A DNA stretch of 41,898 nucleotides from Octopus bimaculoides (lineage: Eukaryota). The notes beneath the pieces were generated by a model. The model saw only the letters and a list, made by a program, of their open reading frames with translations, was not told the DNA's origin and made no database searches. The translations under genes and the position numbers were made by a program. The stretch lies in assembly GCF_001194135.2 (NCBI RefSeq), contig NC_069000.1:36041120-36083017 (forward strand), given 5' to 3'. Shown one piece after another: positions 22,290 to 32,900 of this stretch (the first letter of the stretch is position 1; every line of letters begins with the position of its first letter).

Positions 22290-22510
22290 TTCAAATAATG
22301 CCACCCTGCTGGTTAGGCCTATGGTGAATATGTGATCAAAAGCCCAACATCCCTCTTCTGGACAGAATGCCAGTCTGTCACAGGGTTATCCATTTACAGC
22401 TGAGTGGACTGTTGCAATGTGAAATGAGGTGTTCTTGATCAAGAATACCATGGAATTGAATCAAAGCACCATGATCATTAATGCAACACCTTAACAACTA
22501 GGCTATCTGC
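22290..22510 (-). mobile_element. Decayed tRNA-headed SINE
   Basis: Reverse complement reads TAGCCTAGTTGTTAAGGTGTTGCA...GATTCAATTCC...GTCCACTCAGCTGTAAATGG. Confidence 0.6.
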
Positions 22511-22997
22511 TTGTATAGATATATAAATACACACATGAACTATAATACACATATGTGGATATATAAAAAAAAAAAGAACTTTGATGAAGCAACTTTCACA
22601 ATGTTTTTGTTTTGTTTTCTGAAATTGCTGCCAGGCTCCAATTTTATAGAGGGTAAATGAGTTTGTGCAAAATTCATGCTTTTTCAAAGGTATTAATAGC
22701 AAGCAACATAAGTGAAATAGCCAAAAATAAAACCCATGTTGTTACTTCAATTTATCAGAAACTTCAAAATACTTGATTATGATTTTCATTGATGTGTAAA
22801 TATTATATAAAACATTCTCTGTACATGTGATGTCGGTTGGGATACATATTACTGCAGCTATAGTTTCTGATTTCCTGAATTTGGGTATCAGTAATTCTTA
22901 TTTGTTGTTATTCAAATATCAGTTAAACACAACTTCCCTTCCCCTCAAAATTGCTGGCCTTAGATACAATTCTAATGATGATGATTTCTATTTTCAG

Positions 22998-23185
22998 ATT
23001 GGACTACTGTGGAATTGCTCTCCTCACTATGGGATCATTTGTACCTTGGCTTTATTATAGTTTTTATTGCCGTTTAGAGCCTAAAATTGCTTACCTCATA
23101 CTTATATTTGTCCTTGGGATATCTTGTATTGTTGTATCATTATGGGATAAATTCAGCCAGCCTCAGTACCGAGGAATTAGAGCTG
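22998..23185 (+). CDS. AdipoR: AdipoR coding exon 4
   Basis: TTTTCAG| acceptor, G|GTAAGT donor, 188 nt (phase 2 to 1); encodes LDYCGIALLTMGSFVPWLYYSFYC and WDKF..P.YR..RAG. Confidence 0.98.
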
Positions 23186-23229
23186 GTAAGTCATTGGTTT
23201 TGTGAAATTTCTTATTATTTATTTTTGTC

Positions 23230-24900
23230 TCTTTTAAGTAATGTTTATCCAGTAATGCAACTTTTGCAAGATCACGATTTGATCCACGAAAGTTGCCTTC
23301 ATGCGTTGCACAGCCCTCAAACTATCCCCATTTCCCAAACTGCAACCAATTTTTTTGTTCCTTGCCAAAAGACTCTCCACCAAATTTGCAGGTTTCTCTT
23401 TTCCTCCTCTTCCCAACAGTAACGTAGGTTGTACTCCCCCACCAACGCACACAGAGAAAGCCTCTATCTTTGCTGCTTGCTTTACATTCAGCTTCACATG
23501 GCACATACTTGGCAAATCTCCTCCAAATCTGTTCCATACCACTCCACTAGGTTCACAGATGCCAAGTACAAAAGTACCTTCAGTCTCTTGAAACTAACAA
23601 GACCACTGGTCTGGATAATTGTCCTTTCCATACTCACCGATCTCTTCAATCTTTAATTCTCTACAGGGACAGGCTCTGATCTTTGGAAATGTACTGCAAT
23701 GTGTCTCATACCCAAGAAAAACACCGCCTCTGGTCCTGCCAATTATCATCCTATTTCACTCATTTTCACTATTTGTCCTTGGAACATCTCAAAGGTAATG
23801 AAGACAGCCATTAACAATGATATTCTCAGACATCTTTCTCTGACTCTCTTTAATAACTATCACCTTTTGATGAAAGCTATGCTGTTGCCCTCATTGAGAA
23901 AGTAAAGCATTCATCTAAATCTTGCATACAAATTTCTTATGAAACTGTCTGCCTATGGACTCTCTTTACCTTTCATCTCTTAAATTGGTAGCTTCCTGTC
24001 AGATCGCACTATCACAGTGTGTTGACAAAACTCTTTCTGTTCCACACTCTGGTGTTCTTCAGGACTTGTCTCTTCCCTACCCTCTCTTATGCCTCAATTA
24101 CCTACTTGCCATATCTAACAAAGCCTACTTTAGTAGAACCATTTGTTTGTACTAACCTGTCTCCTTTTATAACTTTGTTCCATCTACATTGTAATGTTAT
24201 GTTGTCTGCACTGTAATACTGCCTTGTTTCCCTAATAGCATTACTCTGTCTCTTTTGCAACACTGTTATAGCTTCTCATTTTAGCACTGGTTTATCTCTT
24301 ACGCAGATGCTACTCTTTATTCTTCCCTAACCTTCCCCAACTACACATCATCCGCACACAACCTAGACACCACGTACCAATCCTCGAAATTATTCTCTAG
24401 TGGAACCATGCAACATGCTCTCAACAAAATATCGTCCTACCACATTCTACATAAACGAGCCACATGCTATTAAAAAACCACACAGATGCTTCATTATTGG
24501 GGATCTCTCTTGGCAAAAGCACATCCTTATCATACCTAGGATTTTATCCCAAACACTAGCTTTCCAGCCTCTAATAAATTTGTGACAATCTACAAAGCTC
24601 AGGAGAGTGCTACTGCTGCTGCTGCTGCAGACACCGACCTGCTGGACTATATCCAGAGAAAGGCCACTCAGTATAAAATACTTAGTCATGCTCTATCCTC
24701 TACTTCACAGGCATGCTTTCTTCTCTCTCTGTTATTTATACTGCAACTATAATGGCCTATAATCTTCAGAGCTGTCTGGCCTTGTACCACATTCACTCAA
24801 GCACTCCTGATCAATTCGTTTCTCTTCCTCTCATCATCCCTGTTGTGTCTAGCTCCCAAGGATCTTCATAACATGCTACAACTGATCCATTCAACTTTTC
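23230..24900 (+). mobile_element. Decayed L2/CR1-group LINE reverse transcriptase fragment
   Basis: IPKK...P.NYHPISL (~23705), FLSDR.I.V (~23990), SGV.Q (~24048) and YAD (~24300), with many stops and frameshifts. Boundaries and clade approximate. Confidence 0.7.
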
Positions 24901-25127
24901 CTTCATGAAAGCAGAACTTTAGTGGCATCAGTGTTGGTGGCATTTATGAAAACCATGGACACAGTCTTTTCCTCAGCTCACAGCAAGTTGAAGTAAAACC
25001 CTGTATCAGCTGCCTGTAACGTATCAACAGACCTGCTTCTCTGTTGATGTCTTTTAACTGCTGCTTGTAATCTCTGACTCATAACTTCCTGTGTAACACA
25101 GTACTGCACAGGACAGGACTATATTGA

Positions 25128-25159
<32 letters not shown>

Positions 25160-25179
<20 letters not shown>

Positions 25180-25249
25180 CACTGGAAGTCCATCTGTGTT
25201 TATAATTATCACATGATATCAAGAGAATGGTGCACACATACATGTGCAA

Positions 25250-25291
<42 letters not shown>

Positions 25292-25412
25292 GGCTTCTTT
25301 CAATTTCCATCTATCAAATCCATTCACAAGGCTTTGGTTGGCCTGGGGCTGTAGTAAAAGATACTTGCCAAAGATGCCACGCAGTGGGAGTGAACTCAAG
25401 ACCACATGGGTG
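25160..25412 (-). mobile_element. SINE (head lost in the N-gap) flanked by (CA)n and (TA)n
   Basis: GGCTTCTTTCAATTTCC...CACAAGGCTTTGG...CTTGCCAAAGATGCCACGCAGTGGGAGTGAAC. Confidence 0.75.
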
Positions 25413-25516
25413 NNNNNNNNNNNNNNNNNNNNNNNNNNNNNNNNNNNNNNNNNNACACACACACACACACACACACACACAAAACAAATATATATATATT
25501 TTTTTTTTTTTTTAGA

Positions 25517-25726
25517 AAGGTGGCAGGCTGGCAAAATCGTTATTACGCTGGACTAGGCATTTTGTCCGTCTTCATGTTCTAAATTCAAATCTCACCAGGG
25601 TCGACTTTGCTTTTTTTATCCTTTCGAGGTCAATAAAATAAGTACCAGTTGAGCACTTGTGGTCAAGGTAATCGACTTGCCCCATCCCTCGAAATTATTG
25701 GCCTTGTGCTAAAATTTGAAGCCAAT
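25517..25726 (+). mobile_element. tRNA-headed SINE with Nin/Deu-type domain
   Basis: GTCGACTTTGC...ATCCTTTCGAGGTCAATAAAATAAGTACCAG. Confidence 0.8.
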
Positions 25727-25916
25727 ATATATTTTCTGAGAATTCAATAATATTCAATAGAGCTTGCTTTAGTGATAACACTCTTATGCAAATTCACTGC
25801 AGAATCATTGTCCCTTGCTAACTGCTAACACTAGATAATGAAATTATTGTATACAGTGCTGAAAACATTTGTTCACATTATCTCCCATGTAACGTTGCCT
25901 TGTCTCTCTTGAAATA

Positions 25917-26321
25917 CCGTAAATCCTTGAGTATGATATGCAGGGAATTTTTAGGGGGCTGTACCTCTGAAAAACCTAAACCTTGTGTATAATACACACC
26001 CCTTCTTCAACTTGAGTCAAGGAGGTCTATATAACGTCCTTGGTTTGTAAACGTATATACGGTAACGTCCTTTATTATTATTGTATATATAACATAATGC
26101 AAACATGTAGCTTTTTTGTGCACTTTGCAGAAAATAAAGAAATAATAGTAATAAAGTCAGTGAAAAATAAATATTAAGTAAATTGCTTTTACATATTTAT
26201 CACTTTGAAAATTTTGCTTAGAAAATGTTTTTCATTTTTAACCTCGTATATAGTTGGCACTAGAAATTTTGACCTTTAAATTTTGGGGAAAAAAGTGCGG
26301 ATTATACTCAAGGATTTACGG
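25917..26321. mobile_element. Tc1/mariner-superfamily (TA-target) MITE, 405 bp
   Basis: TA 25915-16 and 26322-23; perfect 18-bp TIR CCGTAAATCCTTGAGTAT, extending imperfectly to about 26 bp. Confidence 0.88.
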
Positions 26322-26487
26322 TACTGCCTTATGTTCTCCATATTGTAACCTCTATATGCTTTTGTTTATAAATCTAAAGACTTACTGAAGTATTTAAAAA
26401 AATTCTTTTAGTATTTTAAAATTTTACGATGAAAGTAAACAAAGTTTTTTTTTTCTTTCTTAGAAGCGTTGAGATGTATTGTAAGAT

Positions 26488-26651
26488 GCAGAAATAAATT
26501 TATTTCTCAAACGCGTGATAATGCTATAAAATAGTGTGATCAGGATAAATTATCCATATATTGCAGAAAAATACGGGCCAGTAAAGTATTTTTCTGCAAT
26601 ATATGGATAATTTATCCTGATCACGCGTTTGAGAAATAAATTTATTTCTGC
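26488..26651. repeat. Perfect foldback: 27-bp outer stem + 39-bp inner stem, 21-nt one-sided bulge, 11-nt loop
   Basis: 26488-26514 is the reverse complement of 26625-26651; 26536-26574 is the reverse complement of 26586-26624; no mismatches found. Confidence 0.95.
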
Positions 26652-26710
26652 TTCTTTTAGTATTGTTTTTGTTTTTTTCACTCCTTTCTCTGCATTTTCT
26701 TTCTTTCTAG

Positions 26711-26904
26711 GTGTTTTTATAGGTTTGGGTTTAAGTGGTATTATCCCTGCCATGCATTATGTTATCACTGATGGGTTCTATCATGCCATTAATTGTGCAT
26801 CTCTTGGCTGGCTAGCCCTTATGGCACTTCTCTACATATCCGGAGCTATCATCTATGCAGTTCGTATTCCAGAAAGACTGTTTCCAGGAAAATTTGATAT
26901 TTGG
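26711..26904 (+). CDS. AdipoR: AdipoR coding exon 5
   Basis: TTTCTAG| acceptor, TGG|GTAAGT donor, 194 nt (phase 1 to 0); encodes VFIGLGLSGIIPAMH and YAVRIPERLFPGKFDIW. Confidence 0.98.
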
Positions 26905-26953
26905 GTAAGTAGCCAGGAGACATTCTCAAATGCTGTTTCTAATTTCTTCGTAA

Positions 26954-27173
26954 CCCTTTAGCATTTAATCTGGACATATCAGGCCCAAATATTCTACCTG
27001 TTTTATGTTGAAACAGACCAGATCCAACCTCTCAAACCTACCCTACAATGTCATTCCAAAAATATACAAACATGCTATTGATATCTTGAAGCTATAAAAT
27101 GATGCCTGATTAATTAAAACCATTGTGGATAAATAAGCAATACATTTGGCAAAGGCATCTGAATACTAAAGGG
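26954..27173 (+). mobile_element. piggyBac-type MITE (220 bp)
   Basis: GTAA|CCCTTTAG ... CTAAAGGG|TTAA (left target deviates from TTAA); colinear with 10241-10465. Confidence 0.88.
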
Positions 27174-27309
27174 TTAAGCTGGATTTCAACTGATTATTAT
27201 ATTGATACCAGAATATTTTGCTAGTGTTTATTTTTATGTAACTGATATAATAATGATTTCTAGCTTAGCTGCGTGGAATTGAGGGAGGAAGAATCAGTTA
27301 TTTTTTTTT

Positions 27310-27678
27310 CTTTTATCTTTTACTTGTTTCAGTCATTAAACAGCAGCTGTGCCTTGAAGAATTTTTAGTCAAATAAATTTGACCCCAGTGCTTTCTTTTT
27401 TACTTTTTCTTTAAGCCTGGTACTTATTCTATCAGTCTCTTTTGCCATGCTGCTAAGTTATGGGGATGTAAACACACCAACACTAATTGTCAAACAGTAG
27501 TGGGGGACAAACACTGACACAAAGACACACACACATATCCATACACAATGGGCTTCTTTCAGTTTCCACCTACCAAACCCACTCACAAGGCTTTGGTCGA
27601 CTTGAAGCTATAGTAGAAGACAACCCAGAACCATGTGGTTGGGAAGCAAGCTCCTTACCACACAGCTACACCTGCATG
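27310..27678 (-). mobile_element. tRNA/CORE-like SINE
   Basis: TTTTACTTGTTTCAGTCATT tail through GGGCTTCTTTCAGTTTCC to head CTTACCACACAGCTACACCTGCA. Confidence 0.8.
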
Positions 27679-29147
27679 TATATTGACTATGCCTTTCCTT
27701 CTGCTCAACTGATTTATTGAACACCCGGAAGAACGTATAGTATGTCATTTAGCGTCTGCTAAATTATTTGGATACCTGCAGTTTTGTCTGGTTTCTCATC
27801 CTTGATGTCACAGGTTTTGGTGACCCTATTCATCTTCCCGTCTTCTCTGCCCTTTATTCGTGGAAGTATCATGGGGGTAGGGACCTCCAGTTCCTCCTCC
27901 ACAGAGTCCTGTCTGAAGCAACCATTATTGCACTTTCTGACTAGTTTTCCAAGCTTGGCCAACTGAGACTGGATATTATGCAACCATCTTATCCTTGGTC
28001 TTTTGCCGGTTAGCTTAGCTTGAAGAATCTATTTTGTGATCCTTTCCTGCGACATTCTAATAACATGTCTGTAGCACAAGAGTTGTGACCCATCGATGCG
28101 GAGAAATAACATCTTGGCCCAGAGAGGCTCCCTGATCTCCAAACTATGCTCTCTGTTGAGTAACGTTACTCCAGAGACCTTTTTGGAGGAACCCCATTTT
28201 GGCTGCTTGTACTTACAATCATACTCTTTCAGTCACTACCCAACATTCATGACCATAGGTGAGGATAGTCACATAAACTGAATTAGTGACCCCTATTAAG
28301 ACGCAAATCTCCTGTAGCCCTTAATCTTCAGAATTTTCAGAACACAACAAACCTGAACTCTCACCTCACTAAAATCCAATGAACATACAGAAGAAGTCTT
28401 CTTTTTATCTTTTACTTTTTTTATAGTCATTTGACTGTAGCCATGCTGGGGCACTGCCTTAAAGGGTTTTAGTCGAACCATCTCTTAACCACTAGTTGAA
28501 CCATCTCTTAGCCATTATTGTTTCCAGCTCTACTCTGACCTGGAGTACTACATCTTATCAGGGCCCCAGGTATGAGTTAATCAGCATATTGTGGAAGGAA
28601 TTCCAAGCACAAACCTGCACTGCTTTGTGAGTGCCTTTGGGGAAAGAAAAGGCTAAGGCTGTATGGCAGATCAAGGAGTGGAGGACCTCAAGTGGCCCAA
28701 TGTCCTCTTTGAGACTTTTCTGACAACTCCATGGTAGGTGGAGCTCTCCATCTCTGTAAGGCAATTCAGCTAGGTGATGGTCACTCCAATATAAAACTTA
28801 CAGCTTTTTGGTCACCACAGCCATCTTAGCCCACTGCTCCACCTGTGGTCAGACCTCTGAGTCTAAAGAGTGAGATTAGACTGAGTGGACTGACTTTCGC
28901 TTTAAAAGTGCAGGCAGGAAGAAAAGCCCTGCAACATCAAGGATTGGTTTACAGAGCCACTTGAAGGCATGCTGCCCTTTCTTATGATCTTCAGTCATGA
29001 AGAAATTGCCATCACTTATTGTATTGATGCAGCTGCAAGAAGAAAAAAAGGAAGAAAAAAGTCATGTGAAAAAATAGGGAAAAAATACCACAGTTTGTTT
29101 TGTTAATAAAATCTTTAACATTAATTTTTTTCCTCTTTTATTTTCAG

Positions 29148-29273
29148 TTTCAAAGTCACCAGATTTTCCATGTGTTCGTTGTCGCGGCGGCATTTGTACA
29201 TTATCACGGCATCACTGCCATAGCCAACTACAGACTCACTTTGGGTGACTGCTTAGAAACTAGAAACTCTTGA
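29148..29273 (+). CDS. AdipoR: AdipoR coding exon 6 (terminal)
   Basis: TTTTCAG| acceptor; FQSHQIFHVFVVAAAFVHYHG (two zinc-ligand His); TGA at 29271-29273. Confidence 0.98.
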   Translation, partial: FQSHQIFHVFVVAAAFVHYHGITAIANYRLTLGDCLETRNS

Positions 29274-29777
29274 AGGAGCAAGCAAGTAGCAGCCTTGCTA
29301 CTGGCCTATCCAGAAACCTGCCAATCTGTATTATAATGTTTAATTACTCCTGCAATCACAGAACACATGCCATCATTAATTAATACATGATGACTAGGCT
29401 CCTCTGTGTGCACAGGTTACTAACACTACTTACATAATACTGGGGTCTGTTGATAACTTTTTTTTTTTTTTCCCACAATAATTTCATCTCTTGACAGAGA
29501 GAAGGAAAGGTTTTTATTTATAATAATATATGTGTATTTTTTTTATGTTTTTTTTTAAATATATAAACAACAGGACAGATTGATCAAACCAAAAAAAAAA
29601 CTAAATTTTTCCCACACAATATCTTTATTTATTTACATCTCTCTTTCCTTCCTTTATATTCCCCCCTCCCCCCCCACCACCACCATCATCATTCCATGTT
29701 TTATGTACAGACATATATGAAAATATATGTTTGTGTATGTGTGTAAGACGTATGTTTGAAGCCATTTTACTAGAAAC

Positions 29778-29783
29778 AATAAA
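29778..29783 (+). promoter_or_regulatory. Candidate polyadenylation signal AATAAA
   Basis: About 500 nt after the stop in a U-rich 3' region, with a GT-rich tract about 50 nt downstream. AATAAA is common by chance in AT-rich DNA. Confidence 0.35.
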
Positions 29784-30174
29784 AAATTGGAAGGCTACAC
29801 GCCTAAGTATGATTAATGTAGATTTGGCTCTCTGTGTGTGTATGTGTACATGAGACCCTTAATTTGGGGGGATACAGTGTGTACATAAGTCTGTTTAATG
29901 ATCTCCCTCTCCCCTCCCCTCTACCCATTTGTCATCATCAACGTCGTCGTTATCATCATCATCCTCATCATCAGATAGAGTGAAGAAATTATTTGATGAC
30001 TGTAAAAAAAAAATATGAGATATATTCTTTAGAATGAGGTTTTTTTAAAGCTAAACTAACACTTATTTCCATTCCATTAGAGTAATCTGAGATCGTTGGA
30101 GAAAAACCAAATATTTTAGCTGGAGAGAGAAAAAAAAAAAGTTAAAGAGTTCTTATGTTTTAAAGGGCATTACA

Positions 30175-30378
30175 GGGAAATTATATATATATATATATGT
30201 GTATGGCATGGGTGTATGTACATTATATTTTTATATACATATGTATTTATATATATATATGCATGTACATACACACTTGTGTCATCATCATACATGTATT
30301 TATGTATATGTTTGTGAGTTTGTGTGTGCATATATATATCTATATATATATATATATATGCATACATGCACACACACA
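30175..30378. repeat. (TA)n/(TATG)n compound microsatellite
   Basis: Directly visible. Confidence 0.9.
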
Positions 30379-30379
30379 T

Positions 30380-32900
30380 CAGTGTGAAGTCCGCCCATCT
30401 CTATTGGAACTTCAAGCATGAGTTTCTTCTATTTCTGTAAGTCACATACTCCTCTTTCTTTATTCTTCTATCCTAATCCTCATGTGCTGCAGATCCTCTA
30501 CAACAGTTCTCTCAGTGTGGCCTGATTTTCCTTTTTCTTTCTTTCTTTCTTTTTTTACCTCCTCCTTTCTGATACCCATATTTCTTCATGAGATAGCCTT
30601 TCCTCTTTCAAACCAAGGACATGTCCACTAAATTACCTACACCGCCTTTTTCACAATACCTTGTAAATTTTCCATCCCAACTATTTCTGTATCTTATTTC
30701 TCCTGGAAATTTTCAATATTGACCACAGATTGTTGTGTATGCTAACTAACTGTTCCATGTGACGTTGGCAAAAATAGCTGTTGGTACTACAATGAACATG
30801 TCAAGGCATAATTCCACTTCTGTGCTGACAGAGGTTTTGGACCTTACGGGATCCATCAACTCAAAAGATTACTGCAGCTTTTGTAAACCTCTTCCAAGAT
30901 CTGGGAATATTGTCACACCCTCTCTAGGTACCTAGTTCCAGTCTTGATGAGAGGATATGGTGATTAAACTGATAGATATAATGGTGGTTTTGTCTCAGCC
31001 GATACGAAATCCATCTGCATTTGCATTTAAGGCAGATGTTATTTTCTGCGGAGTTTTTACTTGAAGGTTTAGCAGTACAACATCATCAGCAAAATCCAAA
31101 TCTCCCCTGGTCTCTTTCCTCTCCATTGTTATGGTACTCTCTGAATTGCACACACTCATCTTCCCTATGAAGTCAACAACACAAGAAAGAAAGAGGGAAA
31201 CAGCAAACAATACAGCCCTAGTAAACAACTGTTATAATATCAAACAGTACATCCTTGATGAACAACCGTCACAATATTAAACAATTCTGTATTCCCAATG
31301 TGTGTACTGATCCAGCAGGAATATTATTGATTTGAAGATGTTCAGAAGTTCTCTGGTATATCATAAAGATGTATAATCTTTATCACAGTGACTTGTGGTG
31401 AACACTGTCAAAGGCCTTCTTGTACTCAAATGTAATTGATGTTGTTCAGAATACATTGTACTATTCAGTAATAACATACAAGGTGAATATTTGTTCTATA
31501 CACAATTTGGTGCTATGAGAGCTAAACCTGCTGTTGATGGAGACTGGTCTAATTTTAATTTTTAGTCTTTTCAGAATCACAGTACAAAACACTTAGGATA
31601 AACAACATTATGATGCTTGTCTTTAACTAGTGCAATCATTGAAACATTGTTTCTTTGTTGGGGAGAGTTCTCCTATCACTTGGTACTTGTAATGCAGGTC
31701 ATATTAGATCAGACTGAAAAGATTGACGAGTTAACTGTGCAGTAATATCCCGGCCATGTTTCAGCATATAGAAAGTATGGATATTGTCAGGATGATCTGC
31801 TCTAGCTGCCTTGTTATTCATTTGGTGTTTGATCATTGTTCAGAGTCCAAAAGACTGAGTGGTGCTGGCCAATTGAGATGTCTTTTAAGCATTCAATCCA
31901 TTTTGGGGTTTAGTCTGCACTGATCAGTAGTATGCAGCCCTCTGTACTGTATTGACACACTGCTCCTACTTCTGCCAGTTAAGCTTTTTGACTCCCTTAT
32001 ACAGTGTTCTTAAATCATGCATGTCTGCTGCTCTGTGCTTCAGTGAATTTTGCCTTCCAACCATCTCTGATCTTTTGCTACAGCTATATTTCACCCTTTC
32101 TTAAGATTCTGGTTCAGTCTCTCTTGACTTTGGCATCTTTCTTCTCATCAGATTTCATGACTCTGTTCTCTCTTGATACTTCTCTTTGTGCTAACCAATA
32201 AATTCTTGTGCACTAGCATTAACAATCTGGGTAAACAACTTCCATTGTTTATCAACAGTGACTTCATCTTGTAACACTTGGAATTTCTTATCTTCACTTG
32301 AAATTTCTCTGCTTTAGCTGACTCCTTGTCCTTTTTAAGTTCTCACATATGTTCTTGGTGGCTTAACCCATTTGTTTCTCTTTAGCTTCAGGACTTTACT
32401 AATGACCAAGTTATGATCTGATTCAACATCAGCTCCATATGCACAAACATCCTGCAGGGAAGTGTGCCTCTTTGTGTTTTGCCAAGCTAATAGATTTCAT
32501 TTCTGATATTGTTATCTGGAGATGTCAGAGTCATCTTAGCAGATGACCTAAATAATTAAATGAAATACAGGTACCTCTACATTAGTATAAATGATGCAAG
32601 TTTATTCATACTATACTGTGCAAGGTACTTCTCTGTCAGCCACAGGAATTTGAAGTTTCTGCTCGTAAATTAGTGCAGACTATAAGAGGTTCTGGACCAT
32701 CAGTGTTTGGAAAGCAGCCTCTCTACATTATCATTGTTCTTGTCAATACATTCATGTGGGCCAGTATTTGATTCTGATCCACTTCTATTTTCATCAGCTT
32801 GTTATTGAAATCTCCAATTGCCAGCTTGATTGTGTATCTCAGTAACTCAGTACTTCATACTTTGACAGTCTGCAGCTGAAGAACTCAATGTTCTAATCAA
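30380..32900 (-). mobile_element. Decayed RTE-like LINE (APE + RT)
   Basis: Minus strand: GDFN (~32805), TSPD...NEI (~32510), LQDV...GADVESDHNLV (~32410-32460), KAFDSVH (~31400) and DLDFADDV (~31085), with stops and frameshifts. Confidence 0.8.

Noticed and set aside
26550-26753. Lys-rich minus-strand ORF and the 5' extension of ORF 26629-26961
   Set aside because: Products of the foldback and the polypyrimidine tract antisense to or upstream of exon 5.
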